DNA from: Antedon mediterranea
Lineage: Eukaryota > Animalia > Echinodermata
Direction: 5' to 3'
Assembly (NCBI RefSeq): GCF_964355755.1
Contig: NC_092672.1
Location: 8,246,001-8,310,000, forward strand
Length of the DNA stretch: 64,000 bases
Shown: positions 14,501 to 29,300 of the stretch, one piece after another
Numbering within the stretch: position 1 is the stretch's first letter
Layout of the letters: each line of letters begins with the position of its first letter
Program-made: the position numbers and the translations under genes
Notes under the pieces: generated by a model
What the model was told of the DNA's origin: nothing
What the model saw: the letters and a program-made list of their open reading frames with translations, nothing else
Database searches by the model: none

Positions 14501-17500
14501 ATCCAAACAAACGCGTCAGTCGGAAAGACGGCGGAAGCCGGACCAACCTTATTCATCAGAAGGAGGTGCGAGAAATGTTAATGCCTAATAGCCGAGACAT
14601 GGAAATGAACAGTCTTTCAATCAGAGGTGAATCGTTGGGTAGCGGGCCTATCCACAATAGTAAACCAGGAACCTTAACAAGAACTGCTGAAAAGAAAGAC
14701 AGTAGTCTTCAACAATATTTAACAAAGAGAAGGAAGGAGATAATATCATACATTGAGTCTGTTAAAAAACAATTACCCGTTCCTACCAATTGCAAAGTTA
14801 TAGGTAAATAGTTTTCTATGTACTGTGTTTGCGTAAAAACCGTTATAATCATAAAGGTACATTTTTCACAGCAATGCATCCGGAATATGTATTCTAACTT
14901 ACCAGCTCAGCGCCCAATTTAAACCCATGGAACAACACCAATCTGGCTTTCTGAGCCAGACTTCCGTATACTTTTCGACATGCAATTGGACCCCTAAATC
15001 ACTAGTGCATCCTATACACCCAAACAAAGGCTACAGTATAGATGGGCCTTGATAACTGAAGGGAAAACAAGGTTGTAGCGAGAGATTATAAACAGACGAG
15101 GCAAAGATGCTTTAATTATAACTATCAATATAAAATATGACGATTTGTGCTAGGTAAAAGTTTCAGATGAGGCAAGTGCCTCGTCTGCCTCATGCTGACT
15201 AAGGATCTGGACAATGTCTTGCCTAGTTGATGACCACTCTAGCTTATACATAGGTACATATATTTATATATATATATATTTGTTTTGCTGTTTACAGAAT
15301 CAAAAGATAAGAAACCCGTTGGTCAATTAGAATTTCACTGTGGAAAGAAAGGAATAGATTGTTGTATGTATCAATCAACGCCATTTACCATGGCAACAAA
15401 AGAGATACAGACTTGGATCTATATAATGTACCTTCATTTACAGGTTTGTTTGTTGTTTGTTTTCTCTACATACAATTTCACTGCAATCTCCAATGTTGGT
15501 TTTCTGTGTGGTTTGGATTTGCAGAACACAAGTTTTCCTAAGCCTGCTCTGCTAAATGAACTTGTTTGGGCCTAGCTTTCCACATGGCAGTATATAAGTT
15601 TTGTTTAAGTGTCCCCAACACATAATCACTGTGTGTACGTGTTTATACACGGGTACGATTCATTGTTTGTTTCTGTTATGTCACAACTTTCTATAGGGGT
15701 CACAAGATACATGGTTTTCAAAGATATTTTGTCATAGCAGCCCTTTAGCATAAGCTAGAGAATCAAACTGTCCTTCATTTTTCCATATTTCAACCAATCA
15801 TTTTCAAAATTGATGAGTCATAAATCGTCATTTTTACATACTCTTTTCTCCAAAACTCAGTCTACACTAGCTTGACAAAAAAAGTGTGATGTGCACAAAT
15901 ATGACATCACCCTGTCCATAACATGGGCACATCACATTAGTTTGTCACATACAGTTTGATAGTGTAGACAGAACTTAAGAAATCATAATATTTTTTCTAG
16001 GCTACATCTCCAAGTCCAGTTGCAGTGGATGACGAGTCAATCCAGGTACTTAAAAGGTGCTGGGAGAAACAGAAGACAACCGGCGGGACGATGCCATTCC
16101 TTAAACTTATCACACAGAACTTTCCATCTACAAAAGTACAAAATGTTCTCATACAGCAGCTAAATGAGGCTAGTTATTACGATCTGTTCAAGTATGATCG
16201 GGACTGTTCAAGTTGGGTGTGCTTTATGTGCTGTAACCCAACAAAACTAGGTGAGTCATTGGTTAGCTCCCGGTGGCCGTATTCACCAATCAGACTTAAG
16301 TGAGAAATTAAGATGCTACGCTTTTCTACAAAAAGTTTTTCTAAACTACATGCTTCTCTCCTAATGGTTGCATCATGTCAGTGCTGCCAAGTCTAGCACT
16401 CTACTTTTTTATATATATTTTTATCAGACTATTATTATCATTATGTTATTGCTCCCTCTTTTAATATATCCTTGAACCGCGCCTGTGGTCTATTCTGTGT
16501 TAATATTTTGTGTGGCAATATCTTCGATTCAAGATCCCCACTAATCATGTTCTTTATTAATATGAGTCCATATCTATGTAAATTTCACAAACATTTTCTA
16601 TATACCAAAGTCATATCTCAATGTTTTTAAATTACTGTCATCTTTACTATTTTTTAGCTGATTACTTCTCTGATGGCCAGCCCCATATTGAAGGTCAACT
16701 GAAAGAAAAGAAAGTGCGCTGGAAATTGTTCCGCACTTGGAGAACTCGTTATTTTTCTTTGTCTGGAGAAAGTTTAATTTATAAGAAGAATAAATCAGTA
16801 AGAAATATTTAATTATTTTTGTTATGTTGTATGCTTGATTATGGGACACCCCTCTTCCAACAACTTCACTGGATGGATTCCCATTTCTGACTGTTTATGT
16901 TCAAAGTTTTACTTAATACATTCAAATGGCTGCATCCTGCCATGGAGTATAGGTCCATGATCCCACTGTATCTCAAAGATCGTGTATCTATAATCAGCCT
17001 AGCCATTGTCTCACAGGGCTTTATTTGCCATACCGAACCTTACCTGCGCTACATTTTCGCCTTGGCGATCAAGGCTTATTTCTTTCTTCAACGCTGAGAC
17101 AGTTTAAATTTGATTAATTTGCGACGAACAAAATATTTCATTTTAGATCATTGTGCGCATATGGGAATATTGCGACACATGTCCTCACATATGGTTGATG
17201 GTCTTTAGCTCCAGGGGACGACACAACGATTGACCTGGCCTAGGTTAGTCGTCGTCCATGGTTGTCGCAAGAATACCTATTACTGGGTAAAAAGTGCCAC
17301 ACCAATATTCAGATTATTATTTTATTATCATGCATTATTGATATAATACTCTTTTTCATTTGACTACAGTCACCATCCAAAGGAACGCTCCCGGTTGAAC
17401 TTGGAAAAGTGCAGAGTGTAAAGGCTGTGAGACGACGTGATCGTAGTATACCAAAAGCTTTTGAGATTTTCACAGAAGACAACAAGTCGTATGTATTTAA

Positions 17501-17579
17501 AGCGAAAGACAGCACTAAAGCTGAACAGTGGGTACAGTGTCTTACAATCGCAGTTCACCAAGCTAACACAAAACAATGA
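8537..17579 (+). CDS. VEPH1: Melted / ventricular zone-expressed PH domain protein; coding exons 8537-8745, 9279-9423, 10922-11099, 11474-11637, 12290-12499, 13260-13474, 14139-14803, 15298-15443, 16001-16250, 16659-16797, 17370-17579
   Basis: The N-terminus [21 protein letters not shown]...[18 protein letters not shown]...[17 protein letters not shown] matches the VEPH1/melted signature. The C-terminal PH domain reads [27 protein letters not shown]...[11 protein letters not shown]...AEQWVQCL. Introns are GT-AG. Confidence 0.95.
11680..11975 (+). mobile_element. Rex1/Babar-like non-LTR retrotransposon 3' fragment (in a VEPH1 intron)
   Basis: Translation [33 protein letters not shown]...IMEDSSHPL...NSGR...RKSF matches the post-RT C-terminus of Rex1-type LINEs. 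Confidence 0.7.
11988..12107. mobile_element. Tc1/pogo-like MITE (inverted repeat)
   Basis: AGTCAACTCTCTCAATACTGGAC ... GTCCAGTATTTGGAGAGTTGACT. Confidence 0.6.
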
Positions 17580-18449
17580 TTTGGGCTTCTCAGAATTTGT
17601 TGTATACTTTATACAAAATAATCCACATTTTTATGGGCTAAATATTACATTTTTGTCCACAATTTCAGATTTAAGAGTGTACTAGCTTTTATGAATACAA
17701 TTTTAACTTGATTTGAAATTAATAGTAGTTCATAAATATTTTTTAAAATATTTTTTTAAAAAGCTATTTATAAAATTTAATCATTTTCAAATATCAACTC
17801 AGAATATGAAATTAGTTGTGTAGTAATGTAGGTATCAAAGCTATCATTGTGGTAAGTTGAATACGTCGTTTTAAAAGTGAATATTACTGTATAGTGAGAG
17901 TATTTATATTTAGTGCAGTTTATCCTGTGCTTATATTGTGTATTTGCTATGCAAGGATTTTGGTGGGAAGTTATAATGTCAGCCATGTTTGTTGAATATG
18001 TGTATTTCAGTAGTCGCTATTTAATGTTCTGGTCGCTAATTAGAAGCATTTTAAAGGTCTAGCTTAGTTTCATTCAACCAAACAAAATGGTTTCTCTTGC
18101 AGGGTCTTTGATTTTATATTTTAAAATAGTAGATTTCGTTACTTCCCTAGATTACCTGAATGAACCAACGTTCAACCAAATACCGCTTTTGGTTTGTGAA
18201 TTTTTTAAACATATAATATCATACAACTTAACTTCAATTACCTTGAAACTTGTTCACATATCTGTCATTTTAATTATTTACCTTGTAATTCCAAAGAATT
18301 TATTCCATCGCATTTAACAGATATTTATGCATTCCATTTGCTATAGTTTGTAGATATTGAGAGGCCTTTGAATTTCACTATATGCTATGAAAGTAATAGA
18401 GCATGACAGACATACTATTTGCATATAGGCAGATATTTTTCTTTAATTA

Positions 18450-18980
18450 CAGGTGTCATTACCTTGATTTGAATATATTATGGTTCAGGTGTCATTACCT
18501 TGATTTGAATATATTATAGTTCAGGTGCCATTGCACCTTGATTTGAATGTACTATGGTTAAGGTGCCATTATGATGATTTAAAAATAATTGTGCAGGTGT
18601 CATTACCTTGATTTGAATATATTATGGTTCAGGTGTCATTACACCTTGATTTGAATATATTATGGTTCAGGTGTCATTATCTTGATTTAAATATATTATG
18701 GTGCAGGTGTCATTACCTTGATTCAAGATGAAAAGAAAACTATTGTAGTATCTATTCATTTACATAAATTATGTAGGCATATCTGATTTAAATATATTAT
18801 AGTGAAGGTGTCTATGGATTTAAATATTAAGGTGCAGGTGGCTAATAACTTAAGTTAATAATACAGGTGTCTATTACCTTGATTTGAATATATTATGATA
18901 GATTTGTATAAAGTATAAATATCATGGTACAGGTGTCAAATATACATACCTTGATTTTTGAATAGGTGTGCCTTGAATAG
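18450..18980 (+). repeat. ~36-bp minisatellite CAGGTGTCATTACCTTGATTTGAATATATTATGGTT downstream of the VEPH1 stop
   Basis: About 8 clear copies plus several degenerate ones. Confidence 0.85.
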
Positions 18981-19580
18981 GACTTCCATTATTTTTTGAA
19001 TCAAATATAATTTTTGAAAATCTTTTTTTATTTTATTGACATTATCAGTTTTTTTTTCAAACTACAAACATATAATGGGATTTAATTTTGAATTACTTTT
19101 ATTAGATATTATTACCAAATACGACAAGAGTATGGTCCCAGTAAATCTGGGTACGAAATGTTGTGAAAATTTAGGAGTGGGATTATTCTGTATTTGCAAT
19201 AACAATGGATTTACCAAAGTCTTGTGTCTCAATTTAGCCCAAATAAGGGAGTAGTATTTATGCTCCAGCATGAGATTATACTCTATCTTAAGCTCTGTCT
19301 ACCCTATCCACCCCCCCCCCCCTCCTTTCACAAAATCCTTGATCCTCCCCTGAACTTAATGTGACAAAAAAAATGTGATGTGCCTATATATGGACATGAT
19401 GATGTCATATCACTACCATGTTTGGGCATATATACTTGATGGTGTAGACAGAGCTTAAAACGGTATTTTTATTCAAAAGTTTACTTTCAACTAATGGTAC
19501 TACTTTCTTTCAAAGCATGCCTTTTTGTCAGTGACATATCATAGGGCAATGCAATGTCATGTGATCATCCCTGTGTATAA

Positions 19581-19718
19581 AGCTCTGTCTACACTATCAA
19601 ACTTTATGTGACAACAAATGCGATGTGTCCATATATGGACATTATGATGTCATCACTACCATATATGGGAACATCACCCTTTTTTTTGTCAAACTAAATT
19701 AATAGTGTAGACAGATCT
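19581..19718. mobile_element. PIF/Harbinger (Tourist-like) MITE family A, representative copy
   Basis: TIR AGCTCTGTCTACACTATCAAACT with a TAA target duplication. Other copies lie at ~4950-5058, 12547-12909, 13515-13632, 15858-15975, 19291-19455, 20106-20330 (two), 24504-24575, 25978-26124, 27796-27923, 28190-28318, 28353-28500 and 30320-30461. Confidence 0.85.
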
Positions 19719-20334
19719 TAAAATATGTATTTGTTGGATATATACAGCTGTTGTGCATCCCTTTCCATGAGGCTAAAAAGTTGTAAATTATAATGAAGTT
19801 TTAATATAATTTATGCATAAACTAACCATTTCCAAGAATGTTTGACGCTTCTGAATTTGTGCAATACTGTCTGCTAGTAACGTATAGTCTTTCTGCATTT
19901 AAAATTTATTGTAGTGTATAAAGATATTTGTTTTTGTATATATAGTTAATTTTTGCTACACTTTACTATTCATTCATTAATAAAAGCTTATATGAAAATG
20001 TGTACACGTAGTGTGGCAGGTTTAGATGACTTAAAATAATTAAGTAACATTTATGAAACGTTAATCTAATAATACACCCTAGATTAGAGCTGTTGCCATA
20101 CCTTAAGCTCTGTTTAGCCTATCAAAAAAAGTGATATGATGTCATTGTGTCCATATAATATGGGCACATTTTTTTTCACAAAGTTTGATAGTGTAGGTAG
20201 AACTTAAGCTCTGTCTGTCTACATTATCAAACTAGTTTGACAAAAAAAAGTGTGGTAGTAATATGCTTAAATATGTTGTGATAGGACATTATTATGTCAA
20301 TACAGTATATGGTCACATCACATTTTTGCTTTCA

Positions 20335-20690
20335 TATTTTTTATTTTATTTTATGTCTTTAGGCAATGTGGCCAAGGATTACCAATAGTGAATTAATCAC
20401 TGTCCTATCAGATAGGTGGTAAATCCCCTGATACAGGGGCTATTGTGTGAACCAGTTCACCGGGGTAACCCCCTACTCTTTTTCGAATAATGAACTGGGT
20501 TTCTTTAAAGTACACACAGGTTATAACTGTGTACACTGGACCTACGGTTTATAGTCCTTATCCAAGAAGACTTGTTCCACCACCAGAACTAGGAGCGAGT
20601 CGGCCTCGAACCCTTGCCAATGTTGTTGTTGGCTCTTTAGGTACGGTAAACGGCGCCCCTGCCTTAACCGCTCGGCCATATGACTCACTC
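20335..20690 (-). mobile_element. Second tRNA/Deu-type SINE copy
   Basis: Reverse complement of the same head (CTTAACCGCTCGGCCA, CCTCGAACCC) and core (ACCGGGGTAACCCCCTACTC, TAGTCCTTATCCAAGAAGAC). A T-rich tail lies at ~20335-20352. Confidence 0.8.
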
Positions 20691-23300
20691 ATATGAAGTT
20701 TCATAGTGTAGGTAGAACTTTAGAAAGAGGGTGTTCAACATCCATGAGCCCACCTAAAAGGTCAAGTAAGATCATTAGATGTCTTCACTTGGTCTGGTAC
20801 TATTTCAGCTCTAAAAGCAGCTAGTGATGGTTGGGTTTAAGGTCTAAAAATGCTTTAAAAGACCTTGTACAGTTAGTATTGCTCCCTCTGGAATGAATAA
20901 AATATTTACATTGTTTCTCCAAGAATACAAGCATGATTTATGAATGCTGTGTAAATTTCTTTGTTTCTAAACAGATTTTAGTATACACTGGGATCATATT
21001 TTAATTTTCTATTATGAATGTGTGACAATCTTGGATATATGATTTTTTTTTTTATTGATTTTTTTATAGTGCACTTTCCATTAAATTTATCAAGGTGTTT
21101 TTTTTTAAGGCTTTTTGCGCTTGTTCACAGTTTACATTCCTATTATTAGTGCATACATATTATTTTAGGATTTTATAAAGTTTATTGTGAATCATGGAAT
21201 TTGGCAACCCAATCAGATTGTCAAAGGTGCTAGCAAAAATTCCATTAATACAAGTCATTATTTTTTACTCATTGGGCTTTTGAATCTTTAGTGATGTTAT
21301 ATTCAAGTTCAATAAATTGGTGTTAAAATGGGGAAAACATCTTTGTAGTTATCCATATATGCTTAATATATTTATTTCTGTAATTCAGTGGGTATGAAAT
21401 TTTATTTTGAAATATTAAAGCATTGCACACTACTATAAGGTCTGAAATCTTGTACTGTATCGTAATACAAAACATGATTATCAAAGAAATCATTATTCCT
21501 ATAAATTCATTGGTAAACATGTTAAAATCTTGTTTAGTTTCAATCGACGTTTCAATCAAATCAATCATCAATCTAAACATGCCATTAAATACAGAAGTGA
21601 CTATCGGCATGGTCAACCATGATTGTAATTTCTTATTTTTCCATCTGCATGGTTGAGTGTGCGTATAGTGTAAAGTTTTCTTTTTACCATGCCAATGTAG
21701 AAATCAATGAATTTGATGCGCGGTCAATAGTTAATGCGTATAGAATTTAAACGCACAGCTGACCGTGCCTATAGATAACTTTAAATTGACTGTGCAGATA
21801 AACTTAACTGGTGAATAGATAAATTCTAAGGATACAAAGGGTGTACAAACTATAGTTTATAAAAAATACATCAACAAAAGGTTACACATTACAGTGTGGA
21901 TAATTTAATGAAAAATCCAACAGCAATATAATAAATGATATAATAATGTGGAAAATTAGCTCTACAAACATATTTTAAACCTCTTTTTTTTTTATCTAAG
22001 GCTGTCATTCATGATTTGATATATCAAGATCTTGAAATCATAAGCCCAGTAGCTTTCACTTTTTGCACCAGTTTCAGAAAAATTATAAAAGAATTCTTCA
22101 GAGTTAACATAAAATAATATGCGATATTGTTAAAATAAAAATGGTAAATAATATTGTAATTCAAACACAATTTAAAATTTATATACAACTTAACTAAAAA
22201 GTACCATTTGCCATGAGAGTATTTTAAACATGTTAATGTTAGTAAGAGTCAAGATAATACAGGGTTCTCGCTAGGGCCCAAAGTCCCTTGTTTTTTTATG
22301 TTAAGAATTGTATATAAATTGATAGGGGTTATAAATAATATAATAGATTTCCACTCATATTCACCTTAATTATGGTATTAAAATTATGTACTTTTAAATA
22401 ATACCAGTACAACAATTGCTAAACAAAATCATTAATATTAATTTCAAATAAATGCATATTTTGATAACTATAAATTACAACTGTGATTTAATTACAAGTA
22501 GGTTTGGAAAACAATGATGAATATCCATACCCGAGTTACAAGTAGGGTTTAAAAATGGGCCTATAATGGATCAGCCTAAGCTTACAGGGGATGGTCTCTT
22601 AGACAACAGAGAGCACGTTCTTGACAAGGGTAATCAATTTTACTATAAGACAAATGGTTAAATAATATTGTTCAAATACCGACCTGGGTCATTCAATACT
22701 AGCGCTACCAATGAAAGGAAGTGCGACAAAAACTAACAGCAATAGTCTGTGAAATAACACGCAATTAATTTTTTTTCATATTGCAAATGAATTGGGCAAG
22801 TTTTTCCTTAATAAAATATTTTTCTATTACCTACACATTTTTATATGAAAATAGATATTTTTCCCATGTTAAATTGACCTTTGAACTGACATAACTAAGT
22901 TATTGTATTTTTTATCAGAAATGTCATACCAGGGAGTTGTAATTGGTGACAAGTCACTGGTCATACTAAACATTTGATTTAGACTTATGTTAAAAAAAAT
23001 CTATAGATATTAATAAATCTATGGTATATAAATGTACGTTTGTATCTTCAAAATGTTTTAATTTGCATCTTTCTAATAACATATCTTATTATTTACAATT
23101 AGAATAATTTATGAAACTAACCTTTTAAAAAAAATACCCATTTTAAATGTTATGCTTTGCAATGATATAACACGACCACTTTACATGTTTATGTCTAAAG
23201 TGCGTTACAATAGGATATTATGTCATCTGTTAGGCTAAAGGCAATACTCTATCTAAATATAAGTTAATATTACGGAGTTGTGATCTGAAATATTATCACA

Positions 23301-26300
23301 CTAAAATATAGTGGTTTCAGTACTACGATTATTTGCACCATCTTTTTGTGAGCAAGCAGACGTGTCCATATTCCCATCAGCCCCTATACATGTCTTTTTT
23401 GGTATATTACCCTCCATAGGAGCCTCTCTCGATGGACTATCTAAACATTCTCCATTAATAGTTGACTGACTTTCTGAATTATCACTTACAGACACATCAC
23501 TTATGACTTCTGTAGATATTGAGATTGGGAGTGGTTTAATTCGTTCGATACCAGAGATCGTATTTTGGCGTGCTTCAACATTGCTGGATGCACTGTCAGA
23601 TATTGGGAGTTGTATAACTGATTCCATTGTGGAGATCTTGGTTCCATTGTCTGATGTCTCACGTTGTTTAATAGAGTTCATTTCACATGCAGTATTCTTT
23701 GATGATTCTTCTTCACTGAAGGCACTTCCTGATACATCTAGATTGGAAATCTCTTGTACGATTTTTAGAGGTTCCGCAGATCCAGTGGAACTGGCAAGTC
23801 GTAATTGTGTTTTTGAACTCAGTCCAAACATGACATTTGACGCCTCGCTAGTTACACGTCTATGTGTTCTATACGTCAGACTACTCTTAACTTTGATATC
23901 AATTGAAGGTGCCATGTCGTGATCCTGTGAGTGGTCAGAACAGACGCTATCATTGTCCGAAATGTTGTCTAGGTTTTCCATCGACCCACGCTCGGCAAGG
24001 ATATCATGTGGATCCAGCGGTAATATTTCACCTTGTAAACTCAACGGACGTTTCGGTGTCTGCGTCTTATTTGGCAAATCTAAAAACATATCATCACGTG
24101 TTACGATCTCGCCACGAGGAGAAGATAGACGCTTTGCAGGAGATTCATGCGTTTCAAATTTTAAACGTGATGGTGGTGTTCGGGATTTCTCAATGTGCAC
24201 CTCAGGAACGGCTTCTGCTCCTACACCGGCTACTCTCTTTCCTAATTTTATTGACTGAGTTTTTCGCTTTTCATGGATTTCACAGCTGATTTCCTCAAGA
24301 TTGTGTAAAGCTTGCGAGTAGATTTCTTTAGATCTGGCAACTTTAATTTCTAATTCCCGAACTGTTTGTTTTTTTTCCTGTTGAATAATATAAAAAAATG
24401 AGGAACATCATTGAGTTGATAATTAACATGTTGTTATTTTGGAAATTCCTTGCTTGCATGCATCCATGTTCAACAACAAAATATTAACAAAACTTAAGAC
24501 TTTAAGCTCTCTCTACACTATGTGTGTCATACCATATTTGGTACATCACACTAGTTTAATAGTGTAGACAGAGCTATACACAGTAGAAAAATTACCAGAA
24601 TTGTACTGGGAAGCTTTTAAACTTTTTTTGGGCAAGGGGGATAAAAAAGCTTCTTTCATAGAAAACAGCTTGCTAGACAACAATGCAGATTTTGCTGTCC
24701 AATATTATACAATTTGTACTAGCATAATTCTATAGTGTGTGTGCAAATACAATTAGATAGTAACACTGTACTTACCTCCATCTGCTGGTTGAATTTCGCC
24801 TTTGCTTCAAAGTATGGCCTGCAATGAAAAGAAAATATCTTACAGGGAATGTAGTGGAAACTGAAGCTTGGTGGTCAACATTCTTACCCAGGGTTCTGGG
24901 TGAAAGTCTATGCTCGGCCACTGTGTACCAGAATAGTTTGTCGCAACACCTAAGCCTCATAACAAGATATAGTTAAGAAAGGACGTATTTAAGGCAAAAT
25001 AACATAGCTGTTGGATATATGTGTGTGTAATTTAGTTTTATACCATATATTATAAAAAAAGAAAAATCTCTGTTTAACAACCATATTCATGGGAGGCATG
25101 AATAACATACAGTATTTTCTAATCATTTTATGATATAGCTTAACAATCCATACAACAGCAGCAGAATACATTGGGTTTACACTGACGAGCGGGAAAACAA
25201 TAAGAAAGGTACAACTTCACAAAATCCTAAAACAAAGAGGATAAATAATTGATAACATAGAAAAATAAGTTATTTCTCAATGGATATACAGTACAATACA
25301 TTTGGCAGGCTACATTCAAACTTGTACTGTTTTCACATGAATATAATTTTCCATAATTAACAAATATATGGCACACTCTTCCATTCCATGAAACAGAACA
25401 AGTGTGAATGCAACCTTAGAAAAGAACAAATGGATTCACACAGTGGTGCAGCAGTACCGAGAAAGGAATCAACTTTTTTCTAACATTAATATGAACTCCT
25501 TTACGTATTTAAACGATATTTTAAACGTCAGGAAGACTGTGATTGTCTGTTACAAAGTAGGTTAAAGTACTACTAGTGCAGAAACCCTAGGCTAACTCTT
25601 GTGAATACTGACTGGGATAACTTACTACATGCAATTTGATTTAATGCCTGTTCCCACTAAGACACAACACAAGGTCCGAACGTAAGCACAATGCAAGAAA
25701 TTTGACCAATAACAATTGCTGAATTATTCAATTGTCATTGGTCAACTAGCTTGCGTTGCGCTTACGTCCTTGTGTTGCATCCTAGTGGGAGCCCAGCTTA
25801 ACAGGCCATTCCTGGAAAAACTTGTTTTTCCCATTCATAATATTTACTACTTACAACATTACAAGATCGTGCTGGTTGACAATAGTGGTTAATTGTAGCA
25901 AGTTCCTACGAATGGACATGCTACGAGCATGATAAACAATAAAAATGAAATGTAATGAAAACAATGTTCTACACTAAAGCTTCGTCTACACTATTAAACT
26001 AGTGTGATGTGCCCAAATATGATAGTGATATGCACAAATATAGTAGTGATATGACAACATCATGTCCATATATGGGCACATCACATGGGCATGACACATA
26101 AAGTTTGATAGTGTTGACAGAGCTTAATACTATGTACTATAAAAAATAAACTATTGTCTTTCACACCTTGTGTTTACACTATAAATAGATCCTATACATT
26201 AATTAATATATAACTTGGCCTTCACAGGTTATTTCGTATTCTATATTGTGCAATAAATAATCTACTCTCTATTTGTCTGTATTGCAGGAAATATCTTACA

Positions 26301-29300
26301 TTATGTTATATAACCAATTACAGTTTAGAACCTCTATTAAGGGGACACCGTAGGGACTCTACAAATTGTTATAACGATATCAATAAATAATATAATTATT
26401 TAATTTTGTTTTTGTAATTGTCCCCTTAATAATAAGGTTTGAATAAAAAAAAAATTGGCACACTCAAAAGTCTCTCCGTCCCCTCAATAGAGGTGTCCCC
26501 TGATTAAGAGTTTTCTGTAGTGTTAAAACATATATTGTCCCTTGATTTGTGGAAAAGTGTCCACATAATAGGGTGTCCCTGGAATAAGGGTATCCCAAAG
26601 GAAACTGTACCAGATTTAAGCTTTCTAAATTCTCATGTTATGAGGCTTAGGTTTGGCGCTATTTTGGTAACTAAAAAACCCCTGACACTGAGCCGGAATA
26701 ATCACCTTGATTTGTTTATGACACTTTTCAATCCTTTCTGAACACGTTTTACAGCTAGTTCCTGTTGATCGTATTCTGCAGCTGTTCTCTCGTGTTGTTT
26801 TTTACTGATATTCCTTTCAAGTTCTGCTTCTCCCACCTATTACAAAATCAATATGCCAATTGGTTAATTATGCAAATCAGCCATTATATTTATTATAATC
26901 ATATCTTATTATTACTCATACATACTTATTACAGATTAGTACAGAAATTATTGAGTCATTCTGTATACTTTATATAATATCTTTGAGTGAATAAATAATA
27001 ATATCTATTTCACTTTTTCCACATCAAATTTTGTACATGAAATATTGGATTTGTATAATTATAATAAAATGAAAATACATTGTATTCAGTGAAAAAGAAA
27101 CTCTGCCAGAAAGCAAGCTTTTAGTTAACATAACTCTGACAAAAGCAATACAAATATAGAGAAATAATTCTTTGACCATTTGCAACAAGGCATGAAGTTC
27201 CTAGTTTCAGTAGTAGTTTCATCACTCTTATTAACCCCACTTCACAGAAGACTGTACACCCTAAGCCGCAATTCTGTAACTTATGACTGTACTCCCTAAG
27301 CCGCAATTCTGTAACTTATGACTGTACTCCCTAAGCCGCAATTTTGTAACTCATGGCTGTAAAAGTTGTTGTTTGTTCTATTTCATTTTCCACACAAAGC
27401 AACAAATAATGACAAAAAGTGTGGAAGGTAGAATAAGTGGTGTGTTTTGACTTTACCCCCAATAAAATTAACAATAGTACTAATAAAACAATGAACAATA
27501 CCTTCATGGTAGAGTGGTTAAGCATCTCCTGCCAGTTAGCGTCAAACTCTCTGCCTTCTTCCAACAGGCCCATCTCAGCAAGATCTACCATCTCTTTTGC
27601 TGCTGCCAACATGCTATTGGCCCTCTCAAAGTTTATGGCGGCCTGCTGTGTACTCTGATGTAGCTGATAAGATACAAGATTAACGCTAACATTATTGTGA
27701 ATTTTAGTGGCATCCTTGTCCTTTCCAAATTTTTAATAAAATTCTGAACATTAAAATTTACACACAAATTTACAGATATTCAAACAATTTCTAAAGCTCT
27801 GTATGTGACAAAAATTCTGATGTGCCCATATACTGTATGGACACGATGATGTCATATATCACTACCATATTTGGACATATCGCTACCATATTTGAGCACA
27901 TACTGTACACTTTAGAAAGAGCTTTAAACACTCCAGGAAATCCTTAAGCTTGGTTCCCACTAGGAAGCAATACAAGGACACCCAAGGAACATAGTAATCA
28001 TAGGCAATAGATAATCTAAGCTTTTTTTTTTTGCGATTGGTCAAACTAGTTTATGATGTGTGTATTTCCTTGTGTTGGTTCCTAGTGGGAACAAAGCTTT
28101 ATTAATGTATTCATTTTCTAACAAGAATGAACAGTAAGATAGACATTCCAAACAGAGTACTGTAGCATTTAAACATGCAATATCTGTTAAGCTCTGAAAA
28201 CAATATCAAAATAGTTTGACAAAAAAAGTGCTATGTGCCCAAATATGTCCATACTGTATATGGGCACATTCCACATCACGTTTTTTTTTGCATAAAGTTT
28301 GATAGTGTAGACAGATCTTTACACAACATAATAATATTTAAAAAGTATGTAAAGCTCTGCCTACACTATCAAACTAATTTGACAAAAAAAGTGTGATGCG
28401 CCCAAATATGGTAATGGTATGGCAAAATATGGTAGTGATATGACATCATCGTGTCCATATGGGCACATCACATTTTTTGTCACATAAAGTTTGATACTGT
28501 AACTTCAACTCGTGACTATCATAAATCATTCTCTATTAGTCATAAAATATAGTTATTTGAACATAAAAGTGGTTTACAGTATATGTATCAAATGATTACA
28601 CAATCTATTGCAATCTATATCCCAGTGCAATCTGAACACAATGTATGCATACCTCTTTCGCTCGTTGACGAGCTTCATAAAATGGCCTTGCTTTGTCAAT
28701 GCATGTTCCAAGTTGTTTGGATATTGCATTGAGGCTTTGTGTGGAGTCTGTGAGAGCCTGTCTGAAACTAGCTCTAGCCTCCTACAAAAGTAGAAAAACA
28801 ATAAAAACATATCAATAAACAGTTGTAGGGACTGAAGTAGCCCAAATAATAGCTACAGTATGTTTAAAACCTTCCTCTATCTAGGTAAAAACAGAATACC
28901 CTTTTGTTTTTTTCCCAAGGTCGTAGACATTTTCCCATATTATACTGTAACTACTTGAAAAAAATGGAAAGTTTAAGTCCTTTAAATGATTCATTGACGG
29001 ATTTGATTACAAAAAACTAAGGGAAAAAGCATTGATGGTATTGCAGCAAGCACAATGAGTATTTTGCAATACTTACTATCTTGTCTTCTATCTACTAACT
29101 GTATACGGATTAATATTTCAGTTTCATGTGTAGATAAATAAAAAGTCCCATAAAACGTAATTTTAATTGCTGTATTTTGCAATGTTATATTCCAAAAAGT
29201 TTATACATTGGTAACTGTAATCCATGTATATAAAATGTTAAATAATTAAAAGGACTGCAAGTCACAACCAGCTTGTGCATGTGCAAGAACGAATATACAC